From assembly GCA_965222115.1 (NCBI GenBank), contig CBDCTJ010000007.1, positions 1,932,082-1,996,081 of the forward strand: a stretch of 64,000 nucleotides of DNA, read 5' to 3'. Each line of letters starts with the position of its first letter. The first letter of the stretch is position 1. The notes under the pieces were generated by a model. It saw nothing but the letters and a program-made list of their open reading frames with translations. It was not told where the DNA came from and did no database searches. Below are positions 20,436 to 30,184 of this stretch, piece after piece. A program made the translations under genes and the position numbers. The DNA is from Planctomycetota bacterium. GTDB taxonomy: Bacteria; Planctomycetota; PLA2; JAEUHO01.

Positions 20436-20873
20436 ATGCCCGAGAGCCTTCCCGCCGCAGTGAGCCTCCGTGTACCCACGGACCTCGTCTTTGTTCGCCC
20501 CGTGCGAAAGATGATCGAAGGCTTGCTTGGGGGGCAAGGGTGGGGCGAAGACGATGTTGACGATGTGGCGATGATCGTTACCGAGGTCGTGCAGAACGCG
20601 ATTGAGCATGGGTCGCGCGCCGATGGCTCGGAGTGGATCGATGTCTCCATCGGGGTGCACGAGTCGTCGTTTTCGCTGGACGTGGCCGATCCCGGATCCG
20701 GCAAAGATCCTTCGATCGCCGTCACCCATGATGTGAGCGAACCGCCGTCGTTGGAAGCCGAACGCGGTCGCGGTCTTTTCCTCATCCATCGGCTATCCCA
20801 TCGATTTGAGCGCGTCCCCGCCGAGAGTGGTGGCCTACGGGTCCGAGTACTAAAGGAGGCGGGGACACCATGA
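20436..20873 (+). CDS. Anti-sigma regulatory factor, HATPase_c Ser/Thr kinase (RsbW/SpoIIAB-like)
   Basis: VTEVVQNAIEHGSRADGSEWIDVSIGV and ADPGSGKDP (N-box/G-box of GHKL kinases). 145 aa. Its stop overlaps the next start (ATGA). Confidence 0.7.
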   Translation: MPESLPAAVSLRVPTDLVFVRPVRKMIEGLLGGQGWGEDDVDDVAMIVTEVVQNAIEHGSRADGSEWIDVSIGVHESSFSLDVADPGSGKDPSIAVTHDVSEPPSLEAERGRGLFLIHRLSHRFERVPAESGGLRVRVLKEAGTP

Positions 20874-22156
20874 GCGATTCAATGTGGGATGTGCTCACGG
20901 GCAACCAAGAGCACGATCGCAGAAATGTGCGCGCGTTGCTCGAGTCGGTTCGTGAACTTTACGGCCGGCAAGCGCCCGCCGAACTTCAACGCCGTGTCGT
21001 GGATCGCGCCATTTCGGTTACGGGCGCTGAGCGCGGAATGTTGTTTCTCGTAGGTGAGGACGAACAACTCCGCGCGGCGGTTGCGCGCAAGGGCGGTGCG
21101 GATGTTCCCCTGGATATGCCGCACAGCGGAACGGTCGTCAACAAGGTTTGGAGTTCCGGTAAGTCCTTTCACACGGTCGATACGGCCGAGGCAAGTCAGA
21201 GCTCCCTTAGCGCGTCCATCGTAGCGCTCAAGCTTCTATCCGTAATGGCCGTGCCGCTTCCGGTAAAGGGCAAAGTCGCCGGTGTGCTCTACGTTGATAG
21301 TACCGCCCGGTCTCGTGAGTTCACCGACGCCGATATGACGGTGTTCGAAGTGTTGGGCGGCATGGTCGCTGTAGCTGTCGAGAATGCGCGGCTTTTGGGG
21401 GAAGAGGAAAAGAAGCAGCGTTACGAAGAGGAGTTGCGGATTGCGCAGCTCATTCAAACGCAGTTGTTTCCTCGAAAACTGCCACAAGGACCCGATTTCC
21501 AAATCGCAGCTGTGGGGCGGCCCTGCGAAGAGACCAGCGGCGACTACTACGATGTACTGCAACTGAAGAACGGAAACGTCGCTTTGGTGGTCGGCGACGT
21601 AAGCGGCCACGGTGTGGGTCCTGCGCTTCTCACCTCGTCTACACGGGCGTTGCTCCACTCCTATGTACATATGGGCATGGATCTCGTTCAAGTCGTCGAA
21701 AACCTCAACCAGTTCTTCGTGCGCGATGCACCTGACGACAAGTTCATGACGTTTTTCGTCGGTATGTTTGATCCGCGCTCACGCCAACTTCGATTCGTGA
21801 GTGCCGGCCATAACCCGCCGCTGATTTGGGTTGCCGCACGAGACGAGGTCGTCAGTTTGAAGCCTTCGGGGCCCGCGCTTGGCTTCCTTGATGAAGCCGT
21901 GTACGCATTGCAAATGACGGATCCGCTTGAGCCGGGCGACGTTGTTTTGGCCTACACCGACGGCCTCACGGAAGCGCGAAATCAGGCGGGCGACTACTGG
22001 GGCGATGACGCCATGATGCGCGTGTTTGTGGAGCAGGCCAAAGGCGGCGGCACGGCCGACGATATTCTCACGGGCGTCTTGCGCACGGTGGACCAGTACG
22101 TGGGCGACCAGCCCTGGGAAGATGACGTCACGGGCTGGGTCCTGCGCGCGTCGTAG
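20870..22156 (+). CDS. GAF domain plus PP2C-type (SpoIIE/RsbU-like) serine phosphatase
   Basis: N-terminal GAF-like region. PP2C motifs SGDYYDV, ALVVGDVSGHGVGPALL, AYTDGLTEARN. Confidence 0.8.
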   Translation: MSDSMWDVLTGNQEHDRRNVRALLESVRELYGRQAPAELQRRVVDRAISVTGAERGMLFLVGEDEQLRAAVARKGGADVPLDMPHSGTVVNKVWSSGKSFHTVDTAEASQSSLSASIVALKLLSVMAVPLPVKGKVAGVLYVDSTARSREFTDADMTVFEVLGGMVAVAVENARLLGEEEKKQRYEEELRIAQLIQTQLFPRKLPQGPDFQIAAVGRPCEETSGDYYDVLQLKNGNVALVVGDVSGHGVGPALLTSSTRALLHSYVHMGMDLVQVVENLNQFFVRDAPDDKFMTFFVGMFDPRSRQLRFVSAGHNPPLIWVAARDEVVSLKPSGPALGFLDEAVYALQMTDPLEPGDVVLAYTDGLTEARNQAGDYWGDDAMMRVFVEQAKGGGTADDILTGVLRTVDQYVGDQPWEDDVTGWVLRAS

Positions 22157-22324
22157 CCCTTCCAGACCAACCTCGCAGCGCCGTCCAGAGATACGGCCAT
22201 GGGTCCGGTCGTACCGGTTGGTATTCTGCGCGCCATGATGCCCCCGAATCACAACAACCGCGACCACACCAACCGCGCTGCGACGCTAGCCCGCGCCCGA
22301 ACGTCTCCATGGCCCTCGCTAACC

Positions 22325-23950
22325 ATGCTGTTGTCACTGGCCATTGCGAGTTTCGTCTTTGGCTGTGGCGACGACAAGGGCGAGGAATCGACTGTGTCGA
22401 CGTCGTCTTCATTTGTTGTGCCCGATCTGCCCGCCATCGTCCGTGGCAAGGGAGGCATGGAAGCCATCAAGAAGGCGTGGCCCCAGGCGTCGTGGTGGAA
22501 GGAAAAGCACGCGGTCACCCTTATGTTGGTGGGCGGGCAGCGCGGAAAACTCAAACCCTGTGGATGCAGCGCACCACAGCTCGGTGGCGTCACGCGTTTG
22601 GCCACCATTGTGGAGCGCATGCGGCAACGCGCGTCGGCATCGGGCGGGGCCATTGCTGGTTTGGCGCTCGGCGGGTCGTTGGCCGATCATGATGAACCGC
22701 AACGTCGTACCAAAGCGTCCTATGTGCGCGCAATCTACTCGCTACTCAACTTTGCAGGTGTGCTGCTCGACGACGCGGACGTACGCGAACCGGCCATGAC
22801 GCAGCCCTTTGACGACCGCGGCGAACTTGGTCGCCCGCGTCCTCCCGTCAATGTGCGCCTCTTGGCGAACAACTTTGCGTTCGAACAATCCCCCTACTTG
22901 GATCTACATCTAGGCCCTCTCGCCATGCGCGCGGTTCATGTGCTGGAGCCTGCCGATGCGGAAGCATTGACGCGAGGCGGCGCGGCGGAGGGGCACGTTT
23001 CGGTCACCATGGCGTTTCAACACTCGCAACCGACACCTGAAACGCTCTGGCTTGTCGCGCTGGATCGTCGCTTCGACGGCACGTTGGATGAGTTGACGGC
23101 CGCGGTCGGACGACTTGGTCCCGCCATCGTTGTCGACGTCTCGGGTGGCGCGGGCGTAGAGCGTGTGGATGGACACGCCTTGAAACCCGGCCAAGAACCG
23201 CTCGTCGTATCGGTGGACGAACTCGGAAAGACCGTCGGCGTATTGGACTTGGACAAGAACGCAAAGGGAGTATGGGAAGCCAGCTACCGGCGCGTTCCGC
23301 TTCATCCAAGCATTGACAATTGGTCCAGTGCACTTGGGAGCGAAGCCAAATCGCTGCTCGCGCTCTACAACCAAGACGTTAAGAACCAGGGCTATTTGCG
23401 CGACTTTCCCACGTCGCCGGACACCAGCGCGACGTTCGTGGGATCCGCGCGCTGCGCAAGTTGTCACGCAAGCATTCATGCGGCGTGGGCAAAAACCAAA
23501 CACGCCCACGCACTCGACACGCTGACGTCCATTCAGTATGACTACGATCCCGAGTGCATCCGTTGTCATGTCGTGGGGTGGGAGCGTGCCGATCGCGGGG
23601 GATGGATACGGCGTGCCAGTGGATTTCAAGATCCCGAACGCTCGGCGTTCTTGGGCGGTGTGGGGTGCGAAAACTGTCATGGTCCCGGATCGTTACACAT
23701 CGACGACCCATGGAACCCGGCTCATTTCGGCGAAGCAGGTCCCAACACCCGCGCACCCTCGCAGTCCGACTGCATGCGTTGCCACGATATTGAAAACAGT
23801 CACGGATTCGCGGATGCCTACGATCAATTTCGTGCCCACATCGATCATCGGGTCGTCGATCCCGCTACGCGGACCGTGGTGCCCGCCGGCGTTGAAGCCG
23901 AACTACGAGCAGCGGGAAAGCACAAGGGCGCCTACGGCTCAGGCCGATGA
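22325..23950 (+). CDS. Tetra-heme cytochrome c family lipoprotein with large N-terminal non-heme domain
   Basis: Four CxxCH motifs in the last about 150 aa (CASCH, CIRCH, CENCH, CMRCH). Lipoprotein-like signal (LAIASFVFGCGDD) at an internal Met; the ORF track extends it to 22199. Confidence 0.7.
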   Translation: MLLSLAIASFVFGCGDDKGEESTVSTSSSFVVPDLPAIVRGKGGMEAIKKAWPQASWWKEKHAVTLMLVGGQRGKLKPCGCSAPQLGGVTRLATIVERMRQRASASGGAIAGLALGGSLADHDEPQRRTKASYVRAIYSLLNFAGVLLDDADVREPAMTQPFDDRGELGRPRPPVNVRLLANNFAFEQSPYLDLHLGPLAMRAVHVLEPADAEALTRGGAAEGHVSVTMAFQHSQPTPETLWLVALDRRFDGTLDELTAAVGRLGPAIVVDVSGGAGVERVDGHALKPGQEPLVVSVDELGKTVGVLDLDKNAKGVWEASYRRVPLHPSIDNWSSALGSEAKSLLALYNQDVKNQGYLRDFPTSPDTSATFVGSARCASCHASIHAAWAKTKHAHALDTLTSIQYDYDPECIRCHVVGWERADRGGWIRRASGFQDPERSAFLGGVGCENCHGPGSLHIDDPWNPAHFGEAGPNTRAPSQSDCMRCHDIENSHGFADAYDQFRAHIDHRVVDPATRTVVPAGVEAELRAAGKHKGAYGSGR

Positions 23951-23968
23951 TGTGGCCCCTGCCTCGGT

Positions 23969-25297
23969 GTGAGCGAGCGAACCGGTCGCGCGAGACGCCG
24001 TTCTTCCTGTGAGAACCAACGCCCCAAGTACCATGAAGCCATGAGTGAAACCGACGCATCAACCGCAGGCACCGCGCCGACGAAATCGGCGTCGAATACC
24101 ACACCGGTTCTCGTTGTGTCGGCGGTGCTTTGCAGTCTCGTGATGGGTGTTGTTGTGGCATTCGCGCTGCGTGCCCGTTCGTCGTCGGCGGAGGATGGTA
24201 CGGCGCCCCTTGCGGGCGCGGCCTCCACGTACCGCGTTGCTGACGCGGCCGGTAGCGGCCAGGGGCTGTGCGGCGACGCCGATCCCGCGCTTCCGATAAA
24301 GGTCCGCTTTCATCTCGACAAACCTGGCGTATACGACTTTGGCGATGTCAAGCAGGGCATTGTAGAAGAGCGAACGATTGGGTTTACCAACGATGGCGAA
24401 GGCCCGCTCTGTGTTCGAAGCGTCAAGGCCAGTTGCGGATGCATCAAAGCTTCGCTCGCCTCGGAGTCCCAACGCTACGAGCCCGGTGAATCGGGTGCGA
24501 TTAAGATTATCCTCAAGACCGAAGGCAGAGTTGGGGAGCTCAACAAGCGCATTGAAATGCTCACCAACGACGTCAAGCGACCGCGCAAGCACTTCATGGC
24601 GCGGGTCAACATATGCAAAGGCGTGCTGACCAAGCCGTCGTTTCTCAATTTCGGTCGTAGCGCGTTGCGCGCCACTATGAAATCACACCCGCTACGCATC
24701 ATGTCACGGCCCAGCGAGCCCGCGTGGGAGATTACAAAAGTTGTCAAGCTGCCCGATCGTCCCGGGCAGGAACGAACCGACTACACGTTTCAAGTGAAGG
24801 AAAAAGACGATGATCAGTGGCGATCGCGCTACATCACCGTAGAGGCACCGGCGCCAATGAAGAAGGGCGTTGTTAAAGGTCGCGTGGAGATTCACACGAC
24901 CCATCCCGAGCACCCCGTACTAAGCGTCCGCATGAACGCCTATATCGTCGATCGCATTTTGATCATGAACAAGCGCGTAGCACTCGGTTACGTGCGGCGA
25001 GGGGAGGCCACGAAGCCGTCGCCAGCCACCCGCGTTCATCTCTATGCCGCAAGCCCGGCCGTCACATTCAAACTGTTGAGCGCGTCGGTGGAGCCCAAGA
25101 CAGGCGACCCGGTCGATCCCCGAGGCACCGGCTTTGCCGTGAAGACGGGTCGAGATCGCAAAGGCCCCTTTGCCGAGGTGATTTATGACGGGACACCGTT
25201 TGACCCCGGCCTATTGGAAGCGCAACTGGTCCTCAAGACGGATGACCCGCACCAATCCGAGATTCGCATTCCGGTCCTGGCGACTCTACGCGAATAA
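23969..25297 (+). CDS. DUF1573 domain-containing membrane-anchored protein
   Basis: DUF1573 hallmark YDFGDVKQG...FTNDGEGPLCVRSVKASCGCIKASL...YEPGESGAIKIIL. N-terminal TM (VLVVSAVLCSLVMGVVVAFAL). The true start may be an internal Met. Confidence 0.6.
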   Translation: MSERTGRARRRSSCENQRPKYHEAMSETDASTAGTAPTKSASNTTPVLVVSAVLCSLVMGVVVAFALRARSSSAEDGTAPLAGAASTYRVADAAGSGQGLCGDADPALPIKVRFHLDKPGVYDFGDVKQGIVEERTIGFTNDGEGPLCVRSVKASCGCIKASLASESQRYEPGESGAIKIILKTEGRVGELNKRIEMLTNDVKRPRKHFMARVNICKGVLTKPSFLNFGRSALRATMKSHPLRIMSRPSEPAWEITKVVKLPDRPGQERTDYTFQVKEKDDDQWRSRYITVEAPAPMKKGVVKGRVEIHTTHPEHPVLSVRMNAYIVDRILIMNKRVALGYVRRGEATKPSPATRVHLYAASPAVTFKLLSASVEPKTGDPVDPRGTGFAVKTGRDRKGPFAEVIYDGTPFDPGLLEAQLVLKTDDPHQSEIRIPVLATLRE

Positions 25298-25449
25298 CGA
25301 CCTCACAAGCGTCGATCCGGACGCCAATTCGGTGGCGCGTCGATGTCCGGGTGCGAACCGCGAGCGTTTGCGCGTCGATGAGGTAATGTACGCCGTTCGT
25401 TCGGATCGATGGGCTTCATGCCTACGACGCCCCTGGGAGGCCCACCATC

Positions 25450-27276
25450 ATGTGCGGGATCATTGGTTACACCGGATCGTCGCAGGCGCTCCCCATTCTG
25501 ATTCAGGGCATCCGCCTGTTGTCGTATCGCGGCTATGACTCCGCCGGCGTTGCTATTCATCAGGGGGAGACCATCGCGATCGCTAAGGACAAAGGGCGCA
25601 TTGCCGATCTTGCACCTCGTTGGGATCCCAAGGCGCTGGCGGGCACAACCGGCATCGGCCATACGCGTTGGGCCACACACGGCGGCGTCAACCGCAAGAA
25701 TGCGCATCCCCATACCGACGTGCCCACGCATGTTGCGGTTGTACACAATGGCATCATTGAAAACGACCTTGCGCTTCGCGAAGCGCTCGAGGCGGACGGG
25801 GTCACCTTTGCCTCCGACACCGACACAGAGATTGTGGCCCACCTATTTGCCAAACACTTCGAGGGCGACCTGGTAGCCGCCGCCGCCGTGGTCATGAAGG
25901 CATGCCACGGAACGTTCGCCCTTGCGATTCAACATGTTTCCGATCCCACAGCTTTGGTTGCCGTGCGCCGCGGCTCACCGCTTCTGATTGGACTGGGGGT
26001 GCGTGAGAATCTCGTTGCGAGCGACTTGCGCGCGTTGGCCGGTCGTGCGGATTCCGTAGTTGACATGGGCGAAGATCAAATCGCCCTTGTGCGCCCCGAC
26101 GGTGTTGAGCTGTTCCATATGGATGGTTCGCCGGCCGAACTCCGCACACGCGAGTTGGGTGAGCAAGAGCGTGATGTGGATAAGGGCGGCCACGCGCATT
26201 ACATGCTCAAAGAGATTCATGAGCAGCCCGAACGCTTGTACGAGCTAATCGCGGGTCGCTTGGATCATCCAAAGGGCGACGTGCGACTCGACGAAGTACC
26301 ACTCGACGACAAAGCGTGGAACTCGTTAGAACGCATTGATCTTATTGGATGTGGTACATCGTTTCACGCATGCATGTTCGGTGCTTACCTATTGGAAGCC
26401 TTTACCGGCATTCCCTCGCGCGCCATGATGGCCCACGAATACGATGTACGACGACCCCACTTATCCGAACGTGTCTTGGTGGTGGCGGTGTCGCAATCCG
26501 GCGAGACCGCCGATACCAAAGTGGCCATGCAAGTCGCTACCGATGGCGGTGCGCGCACACTCGGTGTGCTGAACGTACGCGACAGCATGATTGGTCGCAA
26601 CGCGGACGGCGTGATCGATATGCACGCCGGTCCCGAGGTTGGCGTAGCGAGTACCAAGGCCTACACGGGGATGCTTGCCGCGCTCTCGCTCTTGGCGATC
26701 CGCGCGGGACGGGCGCGCAATCGAAACGCCGCTGAGATCGACGCCTTTGCCGACGCACTCCGCACGGTGCCCGACTTGATTCGTCAGGTGATTGATCGCG
26801 CCGACCCCATACACGATGTCGTCCGCGAAATCTACCGTGCGGGCAATATGCTGTATTTGGGCCGTGGTGTGGACGCCGCGACAGCTCTCGAAGGCGCCCT
26901 CAAGATGAAGGAAATCTCCTACATCCACGCCGAGGGCTACCCCGCCGGCGAAATGAAGCATGGGCCCATCGCATTGGTTTCCTTCGAAGTGCCTACGGTT
27001 GCGATCGCCACCAGCGGTCCGTGGCGCGAACGCATGCTTGGCAACGTTCGTGAAGTGCGCGCTCGTGATGGTCTGGTGATCCTCGTGGCGTGCGAGGGCG
27101 ACCGCGATGCGGGCAAAGTCGCCGATTTCGTTCTGCGGGTACCGGAGGTCCACCCTTGGCTGGCCCCGCTGATCAACGTCATACCCTTACAAATCCTGGC
27201 CTACGAAACAGCGAAACGACGCGGCTGCGATATCGACCAACCGAGAAACCTCGCCAAGACGGTGACGGTGCAGTGA
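25450..27276 (+). CDS. glmS: Glutamine--fructose-6-phosphate aminotransferase
   Basis: MCGIIGY N-terminal nucleophile; SIS domains; full-length 608 aa. Confidence 0.95.
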   Translation: MCGIIGYTGSSQALPILIQGIRLLSYRGYDSAGVAIHQGETIAIAKDKGRIADLAPRWDPKALAGTTGIGHTRWATHGGVNRKNAHPHTDVPTHVAVVHNGIIENDLALREALEADGVTFASDTDTEIVAHLFAKHFEGDLVAAAAVVMKACHGTFALAIQHVSDPTALVAVRRGSPLLIGLGVRENLVASDLRALAGRADSVVDMGEDQIALVRPDGVELFHMDGSPAELRTRELGEQERDVDKGGHAHYMLKEIHEQPERLYELIAGRLDHPKGDVRLDEVPLDDKAWNSLERIDLIGCGTSFHACMFGAYLLEAFTGIPSRAMMAHEYDVRRPHLSERVLVVAVSQSGETADTKVAMQVATDGGARTLGVLNVRDSMIGRNADGVIDMHAGPEVGVASTKAYTGMLAALSLLAIRAGRARNRNAAEIDAFADALRTVPDLIRQVIDRADPIHDVVREIYRAGNMLYLGRGVDAATALEGALKMKEISYIHAEGYPAGEMKHGPIALVSFEVPTVAIATSGPWRERMLGNVREVRARDGLVILVACEGDRDAGKVADFVLRVPEVHPWLAPLINVIPLQILAYETAKRRGCDIDQPRNLAKTVTVQ

Positions 27277-27330
27277 CCCCCTTTGGCGAAGCTACAGTTG
27301 GTGCTCTGAATCGAACGTACGGCCTAAGGA

Positions 27331-30132
27331 ATGCGGTCGAACCAATGGACGAGGCTACCCATGGATGCAGTTAATCCCCGAACCGGCTCGGGCGAGATTT
27401 CCAGTCTCGGCCTTCGCGATGTGACGGTTGTAACGCCATGCGATACAACCGAGCGCAGCGCGTTTACGACAAGCTCACGCGCGAGATGGGCAGTGACACC
27501 GACGACGCATGAGCGCGCACTGCGTGTGCGCCAACTGTTGCGTACAACGGCCATGGCGAGCGTGGCGGCGCTCATGAGCCTTGCCATGTTCGGTACAGCC
27601 TTTGGTGAAGACTTCCCACTGGGCGATCCACCTGCCGAGAAGATTGTCGAAGAAGCGAAGAAGACTGCGTCGGACGTAGCCAAGAAAGCTGGCGAAGTTG
27701 CGGAAGCCGTTGGTGAAGCCGCCGAGACGGCTGCGAAGCCAATCAAAGACGCTGCAAAGAAGGCGGCCGACGCGCTAGCGAAAGACTCGTCGAGTACGAA
27801 AGATGAGCCCAAGGCCGAGTCCAAAGCCGAAGCGCCTAAGGACAACGGGCAAAAGCAACCCGCGGCTGCGGGGACAACCGGCGCAACCGCACCCTCGCCA
27901 GACGGCGCGAGTGCAGCGTTGGAGCGCGAAAACCCCGGCACACCGATTCCACCCGCGCCGGGAACCTCAACAAACGCACATGCTCCCAACCCGATGGCGC
28001 CGCGTGCCGTTCAGTACCGTTTGGAACAGCGATACGATCCGCGTACCGGGCGGCGTTTCTATGTGCGTGTACCGGTCGTACCGACTGCTGTAAGCGCACG
28101 GGCAACGAATCCGCAAGGCATAGGCGGCCGCCAACCCGCCGCCCAGCCACCCCTTCCAACTCGCGTTGGCCAAGTCGCCACGGCCGACCAACTTGCTGGC
28201 CAAACGTGGGTCGAGGTACTTCCCGACGGTCGCCGCATTTTGCATCGTCCCAAGACGGCGGGCACACGTCCCAACGGCACACCCAATACGGCGGACGCAC
28301 CCGCGTCACCGGGTTCTTCATCGCAACCCGGGCAGCCCGAGCCTGCCATCGGCGACACCGGCGCGCCGCCAACCAGCAATGGTGGCCAGTCACCGAACGG
28401 CACAATTAGTCCTGGAACTACAGGTAGTCCCGGAACTACAGGTAACCCTGGATCCGCCGCCCCCGATTCCGGCATTGGCATGCCGCCCGCAGAGGGCGCA
28501 TTCCCGGAGCCCACGGCCGATCCCGATGGTGCGGAACGTACAGCCGAAGATGCAGAGGAGGACTCGCCCGGAGCTTCTTCTAAGAATGAAACGGATGATG
28601 CCGGCCAGCCCTCGGAAGGGGATGACACCAATCCCTTCAACCCCGGCGAAGACGCTGACGCGACGAATGCTGAAGAATCCGGCGCTACCGATGCCAATGC
28701 GAGCGATCCGGCCTCCGCCGCCCCCGCGGCCAAAAACCTGCCAACGCCCGGCTCAAGTGCCGATCTGGGGACTCTGCCAGGATTGAAAAAACCCCTGGCG
28801 CCGCCAGCCGTGGATCCTGCTAGCAATGACCCCGCAGATTATGGCGACCCTCGCCATGTGGGTTCCGGTGGCTTTGAAGATGTGGGTCCGCCTTCACCTC
28901 CCGCCAGTTCGTCGAAAGAGCCCGCGGCTCCGACGTCCACTGAGACAGACGACGGTGGATCGATTTGGGCACCAGCCGAAGATGACACGACAAGCGAAGA
29001 TGTGCCGGAGGGTGCTGCGCCCACGGGAACGTCAACGCCTGTAGGTAAATCAGGCGAAGATGAAATCTGGGCCCCCGCAGCCGATGCACCGGGTTCCTTT
29101 GAAGATATCGATCGTCCTGCTCGAACCGATTCGGTGCCCGCCTCGACCGCCTCTTCCTCGTTGCAGGCACGGGTTCAAGAACACATTACGCTTCTGCGTG
29201 ATCGACCCGGTAGCGCGGGCGTTACGGCATATCCCGGCAGTCTGATTCAGCGCTCCCCAGCGGATGTGGCATTGGAACCTCGCCGAAAGGCGTGCGTGAT
29301 CGCATTCTTTGATGACACGTCGCGCGGTTCAGCAAACTTCGCCGCCGATGTTCTTCCCGTGCTTGCCAACTACCGCGATGAAATCGAGTTTGTTGCGATT
29401 GAGCAAAACTCCGACGCGAAGCCAAGTCCCACCGAAGAGCGCGTTGTGCGACGCTATTTGCAAGCCGTGCCCGGGTTGGTCGTGTTGCCCCCCAATCGAG
29501 ACGACCCGCGCATTTTCAACAGTCGCTATACCGCGGACGACATTGAAGAGGCGTTGGAACTTGCCGTGCGCGCACCCACGGCGTCTTCGCCATCGCGTCC
29601 CGTCGGCTCAGGGCCCATCGACGACGGTGGAACCGAACCTCCGTGGCATCCCAACGACACGCCACTTGTGCGTGAGCCCAAGAATCCCGCGGGACGCTTG
29701 GCGGGCGATGAGATTCGCACCACGGCCCGTGCACACGCAGACGAACTCCGACGCAATGCTGGTGACCCCGATCTTGTCGGATATCCGCGATCCCTGCTAA
29801 GTACTACGGCCCCGGCCGCCATTCTTGAGCGCGGCCAAAAGCCGCTCGTGATTCTGTTTTATGACGACAGCGCGAAGGCTTCCGACCGACAAGCCGCCGA
29901 ATTCTTGCCACTGCTGATTCGTCGCAGCGACGACATCGACCTCATTTTGATCGATGTGAGCACAAAGGCCGAGTGGAACGCGGTGGAACAGAAGATTGTT
30001 CGAACCTACTACATGTCCTACGTACCCACGACGGTCGTACTCACGTCGCGTCGTGCGCCCGTGCGCTCCTGGTACCACCTGGTTCGCGCCCGTGACTTGG
30101 AACGTGCGATCAACGAGGCCGCGCGAAAGTAG
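27331..30132 (+). CDS. Secreted Ala/Pro/Gly-rich protein with C-terminal tandem duplicated thioredoxin-like (CxxC-less) domains
   Basis: Probable signal peptide at internal Met 27553 (MASVAALMSLAMFGTAFGE). A/K/E-rich amphipathic repeat region, a long P/G/T/S/D-rich disordered region, then two about 130-aa homologous domains (ACVIAFFDDTSRGSANFAADVLPVL... and PLVILFYDDSAKASDRQAAEFLPLL...). Confidence 0.6.
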   Translation: MRSNQWTRLPMDAVNPRTGSGEISSLGLRDVTVVTPCDTTERSAFTTSSRARWAVTPTTHERALRVRQLLRTTAMASVAALMSLAMFGTAFGEDFPLGDPPAEKIVEEAKKTASDVAKKAGEVAEAVGEAAETAAKPIKDAAKKAADALAKDSSSTKDEPKAESKAEAPKDNGQKQPAAAGTTGATAPSPDGASAALERENPGTPIPPAPGTSTNAHAPNPMAPRAVQYRLEQRYDPRTGRRFYVRVPVVPTAVSARATNPQGIGGRQPAAQPPLPTRVGQVATADQLAGQTWVEVLPDGRRILHRPKTAGTRPNGTPNTADAPASPGSSSQPGQPEPAIGDTGAPPTSNGGQSPNGTISPGTTGSPGTTGNPGSAAPDSGIGMPPAEGAFPEPTADPDGAERTAEDAEEDSPGASSKNETDDAGQPSEGDDTNPFNPGEDADATNAEESGATDANASDPASAAPAAKNLPTPGSSADLGTLPGLKKPLAPPAVDPASNDPADYGDPRHVGSGGFEDVGPPSPPASSSKEPAAPTSTETDDGGSIWAPAEDDTTSEDVPEGAAPTGTSTPVGKSGEDEIWAPAADAPGSFEDIDRPARTDSVPASTASSSLQARVQEHITLLRDRPGSAGVTAYPGSLIQRSPADVALEPRRKACVIAFFDDTSRGSANFAADVLPVLANYRDEIEFVAIEQNSDAKPSPTEERVVRRYLQAVPGLVVLPPNRDDPRIFNSRYTADDIEEALELAVRAPTASSPSRPVGSGPIDDGGTEPPWHPNDTPLVREPKNPAGRLAGDEIRTTARAHADELRRNAGDPDLVGYPRSLLSTTAPAAILERGQKPLVILFYDDSAKASDRQAAEFLPLLIRRSDDIDLILIDVSTKAEWNAVEQKIVRTYYMSYVPTTVVLTSRRAPVRSWYHLVRARDLERAINEAARK

Positions 30133-30184
30133 CGCTACTGAGCAGCGCTACTGAATACAAGCAACGGGCGTCGGCTTGGGTCCA

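Noticed and set aside
25303-25842. 179-aa minus-strand ORF overlapping the glmS 5' end
   Set aside because: glmS is unambiguous on the plus strand (MCGIIGY). The antisense frame has no recognisable features.
28059-28826. 255-aa minus-strand ORF opposite the APG-rich protein gene
   Set aside because: It is an antisense frame of a GC-rich low-complexity coding region. The plus-strand gene has the signal peptide and domain structure.
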